Position numbers and translations under genes: made by a program
Shown here: positions 38,229 through 48,619 of the stretch, in pieces
How positions within the stretch are numbered: the first letter of the stretch is position 1
Layout: every line of letters begins with the position of its first letter
Source: an uncultured archaeon
GTDB taxonomy: Archaea; Aenigmatarchaeota; Aenigmatarchaeia; PWEA01; JAGHBM01
Assembly (NCBI GenBank): GCA_964584335.1
Contig: CAZOZN010000002.1
Location: forward strand, 66,974-130,973
Direction: 5' to 3'
Length of the DNA: 64,000 bases
Notes under the pieces: model-generated
The model's database searches: none
Told to the model about the DNA's origin: nothing
What the model saw: only the letters and a program-made list of their open reading frames with translations

Positions 38229-39347
38229 ATGGATATAGAAAATATAATAAAAAGGGACTTCAAAAAGGTTGAAAAAGAAACTAAAATATCAAAAATAGTA
38301 TCAAAAATGAAGAGGGGTACTGAAGCAGTTGCCGTCTTCGATGGAAAAGATTTCCTAGGCATAATATCATCAAACCAAATTATAGACAGGGATTATCCTG
38401 CAGAAACAAAGGCCAAAACATTGGTTAAAAAAAACATACCGAAAATAGAAAGTAAGGTAAGTCCGATGGAAATTGCAAAAATATTTCTTGAGAACAACAT
38501 AAAGGCTATTCCTATAATATCAAAAAAAGAAATAACAGGATTGTTGTATGAGAACGACTTTATAAGAAATTCAGACTGTCTGTCTGAAAGTAAAAAACTA
38601 TTAAAAGAAATAGCAAGCATTCCGCATGTAATAAAAAAAGATGAAAACATAGGGAAAGCAAGAAAGATTTTGAAAGAAAACTCGATAAGCAGGCTACCTG
38701 TTATAGACGAGAACAAAAAAATGATAGGAATACTGGATATAGAGGATTTCCTAAAAACTGTAAATCCGATGGAAGGCATGGGATGGGGGGATAGGACAGG
38801 TGACTCAATGCCGGAATTCAAAATGCCAGTAACAACAATAATGGACGAAAATCCTATAATTACGGAAGATAATATAACCTGCAATAAGATAATAAAACTT
38901 TTTAAAAAATACGACAAGTCTTATATAGTTTTCGTCAGAGAGAAAAAACCTCTCGGAATAGTAACATCTAAGGACATACTAGAAGTCATAGTTTCGATGG
39001 AAAAAAAGGAAGGCGTTTATGTACAAATAAATGGCCTAAAGGAAATTGAAGATAATTTCCAGAGAGAAAAAATAGATTCAATGATAGTAGATTCTGTACA
39101 GAAAATAGGAAAAATTCATGGTCCAATGGAGTATTTTTTTGTTCATATAAAATCTAGCCAAAAAGAGGGCGAACAAAAACTTTTTTCAGTTAGAACAAGA
39201 ATGCTTACTTCTGTTGGACTATATGTAAGCAAATCTTCGGGTTGGAATATTATAACAACAGTTGACGAGGCTCTTGATAGGTTAGAAAGACAAGTAATAG
39301 AAGACCGTGAAAAAATGTTGGATATGAGAAGCCCCAGAAATGCATAA
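38229..39347 (+). CDS. CBS-domain protein with C-terminal HPF/RaiA-like domain (candidate ribosome hibernation factor)
   Basis: Four CBS repeats, then a domain ending SGWNIITTVDEALDRLERQV. Confidence 0.75.
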   Translation: MDIENIIKRDFKKVEKETKISKIVSKMKRGTEAVAVFDGKDFLGIISSNQIIDRDYPAETKAKTLVKKNIPKIESKVSPMEIAKIFLENNIKAIPIISKKEITGLLYENDFIRNSDCLSESKKLLKEIASIPHVIKKDENIGKARKILKENSISRLPVIDENKKMIGILDIEDFLKTVNPMEGMGWGDRTGDSMPEFKMPVTTIMDENPIITEDNITCNKIIKLFKKYDKSYIVFVREKKPLGIVTSKDILEVIVSMEKKEGVYVQINGLKEIEDNFQREKIDSMIVDSVQKIGKIHGPMEYFFVHIKSSQKEGEQKLFSVRTRMLTSVGLYVSKSSGWNIITTVDEALDRLERQVIEDREKMLDMRSPRNA

Positions 39348-39349
39348 AA

Positions 39350-40807
39350 CTATCTATTATAAAATTCAATTATTTTTTTTCTTAAATCTTTTATTTTAAC
39401 CCTAACTTGGTCGGTTGTATCCCTGTTTCTTATTGTAACAGTATTGTCTTTTAGCGTGTCAAAGTCTATTGTTATGCATAGGGGAGTTCCTATCTCATCC
39501 TGCCTTGCGTAGCGTTTTCCTATTGAACCGGATTCATCGTAAAAACAATTAAAATCACAAACCAGCTCACCGTATATTTCTTTTGATTTCTCAGGCAACC
39601 CCTCTTTTTTTACTAAAGGAAAGATAGCACATTCAAAAGGAGAAACATTCGGGGGTAGAGAAAGTACAGATTTTTCCTCTCTTTCATTATAAAAAATTTC
39701 AAGAAGTGAATAAATATTCCTGTCTATACCAAAAGCTATTTCTATAACATGGGGTATGAACTTTTTACCATCAAAAAAAACTTCTTGTTTTTCCCCGCTC
39801 ATTTTTTCATGAGAACTTAAATCATAATCTGTCCTGTAATGAATACCACAAAGTTCTCCAAAACCACCATGGCTCTCAAGTTTAGCTTCAAAATCCCAAT
39901 GAAACTTATTATAAAAAGCTCTCTCTTCATCATTGAGTTCAAAAAACCTCACCTTATCTTTGGGGTATTTGAGAACATTCGTATAAAAAATAAAAACTTT
40001 AGCCATATGATAAACATAAAACTTAGGTAACCTCTTAGAAAGCTCCTCGCAAGTAATCTCTTTTATCTTATCTCTAGATTCTGACTCTGTTACATTAATT
40101 CTAATATCCCTTACCGAGTCCCATTCATCATGTTCATCTAGCTTTTCAGGGTCAAAAAATATTTGGAGTTCTGCCTGTGTAAATTCCCTCATCCTATAAA
40201 CACCCTGTCTGGGTGATATTTCATTCCTAAAGGCCTTTCCTATTATTGCTAAACCCAAAGGAAGTTTCTTTCTTAAAGCGTTAAACTCTCTTGAAAAATT
40301 AAGATAAGAACCTTGTGCAGTTTCAGGCCTTAGATATGCTCTTATTTTATCGTAAGCACCTATTTCAACTGGAAACATCTGATTCAATTCACCAACTTCC
40401 TGCAAATTTCCTCCACATTTGGGGCACTTTATCCCATTTTTTCTTATTATAGAATCCAAATCCTCTTTGCTCATTCCCTCGAATTTCTCATTAAGCCTTT
40501 CCTCCAGTATATGGTCAGCTCTCTCGGTGAAATCACACTTTGAGCATTTCACAACCGGGTCTGCAAAATGTTCCAAGTGGCCGGAAGCTTTGAATACTTC
40601 TTCATTCATTATCAATGAAGGTGATATCTCAAAATAATTAGAATCCATGCCAAGAAAAAATATTCTCCATAAGTTCTCAAATTTTGTCTTCATTAAAGTT
40701 CCTATATGGCCATAATCATAAAAACCGGACAAACCTCCGTATTGCTCACAACTTTTCCAAATAAATCCTCTTCTTTTTATTAAACTGTTTAATTTATCTA
40801 AAGACAT
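39350..40807 (-). CDS. glyS: Glycyl-tRNA synthetase (alpha2 type)
   Basis: YLRPETAQG, FRNEISPRQG, REFTQAE, IGKRYARQDEIGTP. Confidence 0.96.
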   Translation of the reverse strand: MSLDKLNSLIKRRGFIWKSCEQYGGLSGFYDYGHIGTLMKTKFENLWRIFFLGMDSNYFEISPSLIMNEEVFKASGHLEHFADPVVKCSKCDFTERADHILEERLNEKFEGMSKEDLDSIIRKNGIKCPKCGGNLQEVGELNQMFPVEIGAYDKIRAYLRPETAQGSYLNFSREFNALRKKLPLGLAIIGKAFRNEISPRQGVYRMREFTQAELQIFFDPEKLDEHDEWDSVRDIRINVTESESRDKIKEITCEELSKRLPKFYVYHMAKVFIFYTNVLKYPKDKVRFFELNDEERAFYNKFHWDFEAKLESHGGFGELCGIHYRTDYDLSSHEKMSGEKQEVFFDGKKFIPHVIEIAFGIDRNIYSLLEIFYNEREEKSVLSLPPNVSPFECAIFPLVKKEGLPEKSKEIYGELVCDFNCFYDESGSIGKRYARQDEIGTPLCITIDFDTLKDNTVTIRNRDTTDQVRVKIKDLRKKIIEFYNR

Positions 40808-40834
40808 GCTATCATCTATATTTTTAATACAAAC

Positions 40835-41512
40835 TTATTTAAAATAACCTGTGGTAGGAGTTTTGCCCATCTTTCTCATTAATATTTCCCTTACATAATA
40901 CTTTACACAGGTTCTGTGAAAACCTTTTCTAAACCTTCTGGATGAAACCGGCATTTTTAAATCTTTACAGAAAAGAACTTTACCGGTCTTGTTTAATCTT
41001 CTGCCTATCTCATAATCCTCCAAAAATCTTAATCTAAATCTATAACTCTTAAGTATTTTTCTTTTGAATGCCATGTTAGCACCCCAAACATTATGATAAC
41101 CGAAAAATGCCATAAATCTAGGAAGCAACTCCCCCCACATTTTCATTTTAATTCTTGATAACTCTTTACCATCATAAGAAACAACAGGTCCCGAAATACA
41201 ATATTTTTCATCAATCAAACCTAAAATCTTCTTTGTCCAATCAGGAGGCGGTATAGAATCAGAGTCACAGTAGGCAACTACTTCACAGGAAGCTTCCTTC
41301 CATCCAGTGTTTCTAGCATCAGATATGCCTCTTCCACTATCAAAAACTATTTTATTGGTGTATTTTCTTGAAATATTGACAGTATTGTCTTTTGAATGAC
41401 CATCCACAACTATTATTTCACAAGGTACAAGCTGTACTTTTAGAGCCTTAAGGCAGTTCTCTATGTATTTTTCTTCGTCTTTAGCACAAACAACAACAGA
41501 TATTTTACTCAT
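40835..41512 (-). CDS. Family 2 glycosyltransferase
   Basis: VVDGHSKDNT, DSD, GANMAF, ED, SSRR. Confidence 0.9.
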   Translation of the reverse strand: MSKISVVVCAKDEEKYIENCLKALKVQLVPCEIIVVDGHSKDNTVNISRKYTNKIVFDSGRGISDARNTGWKEASCEVVAYCDSDSIPPPDWTKKILGLIDEKYCISGPVVSYDGKELSRIKMKMWGELLPRFMAFFGYHNVWGANMAFKRKILKSYRFRLRFLEDYEIGRRLNKTGKVLFCKDLKMPVSSRRFRKGFHRTCVKYYVREILMRKMGKTPTTGYFK

Positions 41513-41592
41513 TTTAAATACCAAAAATCATTTTTAATTCATATGATTATATACCATTATATTATTCAGTAATTTATAATAAAGAGGATTGA

Positions 41593-42702
41593 ATGAAGAT
41601 AATATTTTTTACAGATACATACAAACCACAGGTAAATGGTGTTGTTACCTCAATTGACCTGTTCTCAAGAGAACTTAAGAAAAGAGGACATGATGTCCAT
41701 ATAATATGCCCGAAAGACAAAAAATCGCCGGAAGAAAAAAACGTACATTACCTAAAATCATTAAAGTTTAAACCTTACCCCGAATACAGAATAGGGATAC
41801 CTTCTCCTAGAGTTTTAAAGATAACAAAAAAAATATCGCCCGATATAATACACATACATGGACCGTTTTCAATGGGTGTTCTGGGTCTTTCAGTAGCAAA
41901 ATATAAAAAAATACCCGTTGTCATGACTTACCATACATTCATAACGAACTACACTCATTATTTGACAAAAAGAAAATTCTTAGACAAATACAATAAGAAA
42001 ATAGCAAAAAAATACACAAAATGGTTCTTCAACAAATCAGACACTGTCATAGCACCAAGCACGCCAATAAAAAAAATACTTAAAAATTATGGTATAAGAA
42101 AAAATATAGAAGTAATTCCTACGGGAATAAAAACAAAGAAAAAGACAAAAACAAAAAAGTTTGAAACACCTACAATACTTCACGTTGGTAGGGTAACCAA
42201 AGAAAAAAGAATAGACCATTTGATAAAAGCCTTTGCCAAACTAAAAGATAAACAATACCAACTAATAATAACATCAGAAGGTCCATATAGAAAAGAATTA
42301 GAAAGATTTGTGAAAAAAAATAAAATTGAAAATGTCAAATTTTATGGATATGTGTCAGACAAAAAAATGGAAGAGCTTTATAAAAAATCCCATTTGTTTG
42401 CATGTGCATCAAAATCAGAAACACAAGGATTGGTTTTGCTTGAGGCAATGTCTAATGGTTGCCCTGTGTTAGTATCAGAAAGTATGGGTTTTAAAGACTT
42501 CGTCATAGATGGTGTAAACGGAATGTTTTTTAAAAAAGAATCTGAAATACCAGATAAAATAGAAGAAATTATAAAAGATAAAAAATTAAGAAAAATATTA
42601 ATAAAAAACGGGTATGAAACAACCAAAAAATATACGATGAAAAACTGCTGTAAAAAACTAGAAAAAGTATACAAAAAATTAGTGATAAAAAATGAAGAAT
42701 AA
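41593..42702 (+). CDS. Family 4 glycosyltransferase (monoglycosyl-diacylglycerol synthase-like)
   Basis: FTDTYKPQVNGV, TYHT, GRVTKEK, ETQGLVLLEAM. Confidence 0.88.
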   Translation: MKIIFFTDTYKPQVNGVVTSIDLFSRELKKRGHDVHIICPKDKKSPEEKNVHYLKSLKFKPYPEYRIGIPSPRVLKITKKISPDIIHIHGPFSMGVLGLSVAKYKKIPVVMTYHTFITNYTHYLTKRKFLDKYNKKIAKKYTKWFFNKSDTVIAPSTPIKKILKNYGIRKNIEVIPTGIKTKKKTKTKKFETPTILHVGRVTKEKRIDHLIKAFAKLKDKQYQLIITSEGPYRKELERFVKKNKIENVKFYGYVSDKKMEELYKKSHLFACASKSETQGLVLLEAMSNGCPVLVSESMGFKDFVIDGVNGMFFKKESEIPDKIEEIIKDKKLRKILIKNGYETTKKYTMKNCCKKLEKVYKKLVIKNEE

Positions 42703-43708
42703 ATTATCTGTACTTGGTCTGTTTTTATTTGGAATCCTAATAATGATAGGAGTATTTTATTTTGTAGGTATAGAAAAAATTATTTATAATTTATCAAGAA
42801 TGAATCTCTTCTACTACTCACTTTCTATATTGTCTGTTTTTATGATTATATTTTTCTGGGCATTGAGATGGAAAACATTCATAAAAATGTCTGGTTATGA
42901 AGTATGTACAATTGATTTAGTAAAAAACTTAACTGTAGGTTTGGCAATAAACAATATAACACCAGTCGCAAAACTTGGCGGAGAACCAATTAGAGCATAT
43001 TTACTAAAAAAAATTCACAATATACCTATAAGAAGGGGGCTGGCAACAACCATATCGGACCTTACAATAGAATTTTTTGTATCTGTTCTAATAGTACTTT
43101 CATCAATGATTCTGATAACATTCTACATACAGCCGCCAATTTGGCTTTCGACGATTCTTACCGTATTCATATTATTGTCTCTAATTGGTTTAGGTAGTAT
43201 AATAGGTATATATTCAAACAAAAGGTTTATAAGCAGAATAATAACATGGTTTATAGACAAGGTAAAAAGATTAAAACCACTTGAAAAAACAATACTGAGA
43301 AGGTACAGTGATTTCCAAAACACTTTTAGAAAAAATTTACAAAATAAAAAAGTTTTCATGAAAGCCTTGATTTTCGGTATAGTTATGAAATTCTTTGATG
43401 TTATGAAGTTCTTCTTTATTTTTATGTCAATAGGTTATACAGTAGGTATACCAGAAATAGTCGTTATAATGGGCATAACTTTAATGTTGATGGTTCTTCC
43501 CGGGACACCTGGCAATATAGGAATAATGGAAGGGGGAATGACATACGCTTTTTCATTAATGGGTATACCAATAGAAATAGCTGCAACTGCAGTATTTCTA
43601 GAAAGACTGTTGTGGTTTTGGGGCCTTACCGTAATTGGTGGTTTATTTGGTCTGCACTATCAAATAAATTTTAGGACACAAAGAGAGGATATATTAAATG
43701 AAAGTTAA
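42692..43708 (+). CDS. UPF0104/lysylphosphatidylglycerol synthase TM-domain (flippase-like) membrane protein
   Basis: LRW, NNITPVAKLGGEP, TPGNIGIMEG, ER motifs. Confidence 0.85.
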   Translation: MKNKLSVLGLFLFGILIMIGVFYFVGIEKIIYNLSRMNLFYYSLSILSVFMIIFFWALRWKTFIKMSGYEVCTIDLVKNLTVGLAINNITPVAKLGGEPIRAYLLKKIHNIPIRRGLATTISDLTIEFFVSVLIVLSSMILITFYIQPPIWLSTILTVFILLSLIGLGSIIGIYSNKRFISRIITWFIDKVKRLKPLEKTILRRYSDFQNTFRKNLQNKKVFMKALIFGIVMKFFDVMKFFFIFMSIGYTVGIPEIVVIMGITLMLMVLPGTPGNIGIMEGGMTYAFSLMGIPIEIAATAVFLERLLWFWGLTVIGGLFGLHYQINFRTQREDILNES

Positions 43709-44717
43709 TATCATAGTTAAAACCCCTAGAAAAAAATCAAAAAAATCAGGAATCGTCAATTCAGCACTGAGGTTTGTTAAAAACCTTCAAAAACAAGGTA
43801 TAGAAGTTCATATAAATGGGAAAGGATATGACTACGATATATTCCACTTTCATATGCCCTCTCCTGATTACCTTTACAAGATAAAAAAAGCCAAAAGAAA
43901 AGGAATAAAAATAATAACACATGCTCATGTAACAATAGAAGATCTTAAAGGTAGTTTTACTTTAACGGAAAACAAAAGATTCCTGAAAATGGCAAAAAAA
44001 TATATAATATATTTTTACAACCAGGGAGACCTTGTCTTAACACCAAGCGAATGGACAAAAAAGACACTAATAAATAACGGCGTGAAAACACCAATAAAGG
44101 TTTTGAGTAATGGAATAGAAAATAAAAAATTCAAATTTAGTGAAACTAAAAGAAAAGAATTTAGGAAAGAACATAAAATAAGAAAAAATGATTTGGTTGT
44201 ATATTCCGTAGGAATGGTATTCTTAAGGAAAGGTATAGATACTTTTGTTTCTGTCGCAAAAAAAATGCCGGATATAAATTTTTTCTGGATAGGTAAGAAA
44301 TACAACTCTATGTTTGTGAATCCAAGGAAAACAAATAAAATTTTAAAAGACTTGCCTCCAAATTGCAAATTCTTGGGTTTTGTTAAAGATATCATAGCTG
44401 CACATTGTGGCTGTGATATGTTTTTATTTCCATCCTATGTCGAAAACCAGGGAATAGTAATTCTTGAAGCAGCTGCTTGTGAAAGTCCAATAATAGTAAG
44501 AGATATACCTGTTTACAAAGATTGGTTATTCCATAATAAGAATTGTCTTAAAGGTGTGAATACGGATGATTTTGTAAAAAATATAAGATTGCTGGTTAAA
44601 GATAAAAAAATTAGAAAAAAAATGATAAAAGAAGGTAAGAACCTTGCTTCAAAAAACGACCTTAATCTAATGACAAAAAAACTTATAAAAAACTATGAAA
44701 ACCTTTTAAATTCTTAG
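43698..44717 (+). CDS. Family 4 glycosyltransferase (diglycosyl-diacylglycerol synthase-like)
   Basis: [34 protein letters not shown]. Confidence 0.85.
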   Translation: MKVNIIVKTPRKKSKKSGIVNSALRFVKNLQKQGIEVHINGKGYDYDIFHFHMPSPDYLYKIKKAKRKGIKIITHAHVTIEDLKGSFTLTENKRFLKMAKKYIIYFYNQGDLVLTPSEWTKKTLINNGVKTPIKVLSNGIENKKFKFSETKRKEFRKEHKIRKNDLVVYSVGMVFLRKGIDTFVSVAKKMPDINFFWIGKKYNSMFVNPRKTNKILKDLPPNCKFLGFVKDIIAAHCGCDMFLFPSYVENQGIVILEAAACESPIIVRDIPVYKDWLFHNKNCLKGVNTDDFVKNIRLLVKDKKIRKKMIKEGKNLASKNDLNLMTKKLIKNYENLLNS

Positions 44718-44743
44718 CATCATTATATTTCTATTGTGATTCT

Positions 44744-45964
44744 ATGTACGAGCTGACAAAAGAAGGCAAAAAATACACAAAGAATAATCTCCCGGAAGTA
44801 AATTTGGTAAAAGAAGCCAAAAAAAACAAAGAAATTAAAAAACTAAGGGAAAATATAGAAAACTTTAATATAGCTGTACAGTGGGCCAAGAAAAACGGCT
44901 GGATTGAAATCAAAAAAGGCAGGTTAGAATTAAAAAAAATACCATCAAATTACGAGATATATGAGTCACTTAAAAAAGTCGGTAAAAAAGAAATAAGCAA
45001 AAAAAATGCCGAAATACTTTTGAAGAGGGGTCTAATAAAAGAAATAAGAGAAGATATAGAAAAAGAAGCAAAAAAATTCTTGGGTAAGGAAGTTACAAAT
45101 ATACATCCTTCTTTAATAAAGACCGGTTTGTGGAGAAAAGTAAAGTTAAAGAAATATAATATAAAGGCACCTGGTAAAAAAATACATCCGGGTAAAATTC
45201 AACCATACCAAAAGTTCATAATTAAAGTAAAGAGAAAACTAATAGAGCTCGGGTTTAAAGAAATGACAGGGCCTACGATAGAAACAGAATTTTGGAACTT
45301 TGATGCGCTATTTCAGCCACAGAATCATCCTTCCAGAGATTGGACTGACACATACTCATTAAAAAATCCGGAAAGGGGTGAACTACCGGATAAAAAAATA
45401 GTTGAAAATGTAAAAAAATCCCACGAAAAAAACTGGTGTTATTCCTGGGATAAAAATAAGGCATCAAATTTAATGCCAAGAGCCCATGATACTGCAATAT
45501 CGCCGAGATATATGGCAAAAGGAGTAAAAATACCCGGAAAATATTTCAATCTTGTAAGGTGCTACAGACCGGATGTTTTAGATGCAACACATGCTATCGA
45601 GTTTAATCAGCTGGGAGGTTTTGTAATAGGCGAAAACATGAATCTAAAAAATCTTTTGGGACTTCTAAAGATGTTTGCAATCGAATTCGGAGATGCTGAA
45701 GAAATAAAATTTTATCCAGATTATTATCCTTTTACTGAGCCAAGTGTTCAAATAAGTGCAAAACACAAAAAACTTGGATGGATTGAGCTTGCTGGTGCGG
45801 GTATATTCAGAAAGGAATTGACAGAGCCGTTGGGTATAAAAGTTCCGGTTATAGCATGGGGAATTGGGATAGACAGGCTTGCTATGTGTGCTCTTGGAAT
45901 CAAAGATATTAGACAACTTTTTAGCCAAGATTTGGACTGGTTAAGAAATCACAGGGTGTTATAA
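44744..45964 (+). CDS. pheS: Phenylalanyl-tRNA synthetase alpha subunit
   Basis: [35 protein letters not shown]. Confidence 0.96.
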   Translation: MYELTKEGKKYTKNNLPEVNLVKEAKKNKEIKKLRENIENFNIAVQWAKKNGWIEIKKGRLELKKIPSNYEIYESLKKVGKKEISKKNAEILLKRGLIKEIREDIEKEAKKFLGKEVTNIHPSLIKTGLWRKVKLKKYNIKAPGKKIHPGKIQPYQKFIIKVKRKLIELGFKEMTGPTIETEFWNFDALFQPQNHPSRDWTDTYSLKNPERGELPDKKIVENVKKSHEKNWCYSWDKNKASNLMPRAHDTAISPRYMAKGVKIPGKYFNLVRCYRPDVLDATHAIEFNQLGGFVIGENMNLKNLLGLLKMFAIEFGDAEEIKFYPDYYPFTEPSVQISAKHKKLGWIELAGAGIFRKELTEPLGIKVPVIAWGIGIDRLAMCALGIKDIRQLFSQDLDWLRNHRVL

Positions 45965-47631
45965 TGCCAACAATAGAATTTTCTTTAAGAGACTTGGAAA
46001 AACTTGTAGGAAGAAAAATAAATATAAATGATTTTGAAGATGAGGGAGTTCTTTTTGTAAAGGGTGAATTGGAAAACGAAGAAAACGGAGAGGTTAAGGT
46101 AGACATAAAAGACACTAATAGGCCTGACTTGTGGAGTATAGAAGGCATAGCGAGAGAATTAAAGGGTCATTACAAAGTAGAAGAAGGTATCCCCAATTAC
46201 GGCTCAAAAAAATCCGGGCTGGTGGTTTATGTTGACAAAAAAGTAAAAAAAGTTAGGCCCAAAACCGTTTGTGCAGTAGTAAAAAAACTTAATATGAACG
46301 AGAATTCAATAAAACAGCTCATACAACTCCAAGAGAAGGTTTGTCAGACTTTTGGAAGAAATCGTGATGTTGCCGCTATAGGTGTCTATGATTACGACAA
46401 AATAAAAGGTCCGATAAATTACACGACTTTCAAGCCAAAAGAATTGAAATTTATCCCTCTCGGTTTTGAAAAAGAAATGGACTTAAATCAAATAATAAAA
46501 AATCATCCAAAGGGTGTTGAATACGGCCACTTGTTAAAGAACAAAAAAGAATATCCAATATTCATAGACAGTAAAAAAAATGTACTTTCAATGCCACCTA
46601 TAATAAACTCGAATTATACAGGAAAGGTTGATGAAAAAACTAAAAACGTGTTTATTGAAGTATCTGGTCATGATATAAACAGAATATCTGTAGCCCTTAA
46701 CGTGATAGTTACAGCTTTGGCAGAAAGAGGAGGAATTATACAAACAGTTGATGTTATTTATGAAAAAGACAAAATAACAACACCAAATTTAGAACCCAAG
46801 AAATCAGAACTTGACGTAAACTACTGCAGGAATATATTGGGAATGGATATATCCTCGAGTGAAATGATAAAACTTTTAAAACAATCAAGGTTTGACGCAA
46901 AGCTAAATAAAGATAAAATAGAAGTACATTACCTTCCTTACAGAAATGATATTATGGACCAGAGAGATTTGATAGAAGAAGTGGCCATATCTTTCGGTTA
47001 TAATGATATAGAGCCAGAAGAACCCGAATTCTATGTTAAAGGCGATGAGGTAAAAATAGAGAAGTTCTCAAACAAAATAAGAGAATTGTGTGTTGGATTT
47101 GAATTACAGGAGATAATGAATTACACTTTAACCAACAAAAAAGACCTTCTCGAAAAAATGAAAAACGAAGAAGATGTAGTAGAGATAAAGAATCCAATAT
47201 CTTCAAATTGGTCAGTTTTCAGAAACTCATTGATTCCTGGATGTATTAACTTTTTATCCTATAACAAGCACAAGGAATATCCACAGAAAGTCTTTGAAAT
47301 TGGAGATGTTATAATAATAGACAACAAAAAAGAAACAAAAACAAGAGACATAAGAAAATTATCTATAGTGATGACAGATGTGGGTATTGGGTATGAAAAT
47401 ATTTCATCTATACTGAACTCGATTATGAAAAATATTGGACTGGAATACAAAATAGAAGAGAATATGAAAGAGAAATTTATAGAAGGAAGAAGAGGAGATA
47501 TTTTTATAAAGAACAAAAAAATAGGAGAAATTGGAGAAATATCCCCAGAAGTATTGGAAAATTTCTATCTTGAAATGCCTGTAGTAGCAATGGAAATTGA
47601 TTTAGAAAATATAATGAAATTAACTAGTTAA
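45964..47631 (+). CDS. pheT: Phenylalanyl-tRNA synthetase beta subunit
   Basis: NRPDLWSIEG, SMPPIINS, RNDI...DLIEEVA. Confidence 0.96.
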   Translation: MPTIEFSLRDLEKLVGRKININDFEDEGVLFVKGELENEENGEVKVDIKDTNRPDLWSIEGIARELKGHYKVEEGIPNYGSKKSGLVVYVDKKVKKVRPKTVCAVVKKLNMNENSIKQLIQLQEKVCQTFGRNRDVAAIGVYDYDKIKGPINYTTFKPKELKFIPLGFEKEMDLNQIIKNHPKGVEYGHLLKNKKEYPIFIDSKKNVLSMPPIINSNYTGKVDEKTKNVFIEVSGHDINRISVALNVIVTALAERGGIIQTVDVIYEKDKITTPNLEPKKSELDVNYCRNILGMDISSSEMIKLLKQSRFDAKLNKDKIEVHYLPYRNDIMDQRDLIEEVAISFGYNDIEPEEPEFYVKGDEVKIEKFSNKIRELCVGFELQEIMNYTLTNKKDLLEKMKNEEDVVEIKNPISSNWSVFRNSLIPGCINFLSYNKHKEYPQKVFEIGDVIIIDNKKETKTRDIRKLSIVMTDVGIGYENISSILNSIMKNIGLEYKIEENMKEKFIEGRRGDIFIKNKKIGEIGEISPEVLENFYLEMPVVAMEIDLENIMKLTS

Positions 47632-48384
47632 CCAGTTGACTAATTTCTGGAAAAACCCATTTGATTCATAAATTGGCTCTTCACCAACCAGATTTGAGCC
47701 AAATTTATTTATTGCGACACTTGCAGGAGAATTCGATTTGTGACTAACTACGGGTACTTTTTTATGTATGCTTTGGGGAACAAAGGAATCTTCTGGTACC
47801 TTTCCCAATATAGGAAGCTCAAGCAATCCCTTAATCTCGTCTTCTTTTAGCTCTGTCTTTGACCTGTTTATCCTATTAACCACAACACCCATGACATTTG
47901 TATCAAACTCCCTGGCAAGGTTCTTTACCTTAAGAGCCTCGGTTACTGAAGGCAAATCAGGACTAGTTATTATAACTATATCGTCCGCTATTTCCATAGA
48001 TTTTAGGGCTTCTTTGCCCAAACCAGCTGCTCCGTCAACCAATACATAATCAGAGCCATCTGCAAGGTCAAAAAGAGAGTTGGGTAACAAATCAAGGTTC
48101 ATTCCATTTAAATCATCAATCCCTATACCACCAGGTATAATCTTAAGGCCTGTTGGATGTATATAAGTAGCTTCATTTACAGAAACATTCCCTTTAAGTA
48201 CATCATGTAAAGTAATGGGATAAAGAGGTATTCCAAGATGCATAGATAAGTTTGGTGTAGTTACATTTCCGTCAACAACAACGGTATCCTTCCCTAGTTT
48301 ATTCAAAATTAGTGCTGTGTTTGATACGAGGGTGGTTTTTCCTACACCTCCTTTACCAGAAATAAAAGTGATTATCCTACCCAT
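47620..48384 (-). CDS. minD: Archaeal MinD-family ATPase
   Basis: SGKGGVGKTT deviant Walker A, DGAAGLG, amphipathic C-terminal helix FFQKLVNWL. Confidence 0.9.
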   Translation of the reverse strand: MGRIITFISGKGGVGKTTLVSNTALILNKLGKDTVVVDGNVTTPNLSMHLGIPLYPITLHDVLKGNVSVNEATYIHPTGLKIIPGGIGIDDLNGMNLDLLPNSLFDLADGSDYVLVDGAAGLGKEALKSMEIADDIVIITSPDLPSVTEALKVKNLAREFDTNVMGVVVNRINRSKTELKEDEIKGLLELPILGKVPEDSFVPQSIHKKVPVVSHKSNSPASVAINKFGSNLVGEEPIYESNGFFQKLVNWLTS

Positions 48385-48437
48385 ATACCCCACACATAAT
48401 TTTTGTAATTATTGATTTATATAAACATACTAAAATA

Positions 48438-48557
48438 TGGCGGGAGCGGAGGGATTTGAACCCTCGACCCCTGGCTTTCTTCCTATCATCCTTAGGAGTC
48501 AACTTTTCTAACTATCGTTAGAAGGCCAGTGCTCTATCCAAGCTGAGCTACGCACCC
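48438..48557 (-). tRNA. tRNA-Arg(UCU) with canonical 37/38 intron
   Basis: GGGUGCG/CGCUCCC acceptor (U4:U69 mismatch), CUGGC/GCCAG stem, CCA; intron 48477-48518 with CUUC/GAAG central helix. Confidence 0.9.
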
Positions 48558-48619
48558 ACAACTTTAATGATTAATAAAGTTAAATATAAAACTATTAAAA
48601 ATAATTTATAAGTGATTTT

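Noticed and set aside
48477-48518. Nested intron inside the tRNA-Arg intron
   Set aside because: Internal hairpins do not form a second BHB.
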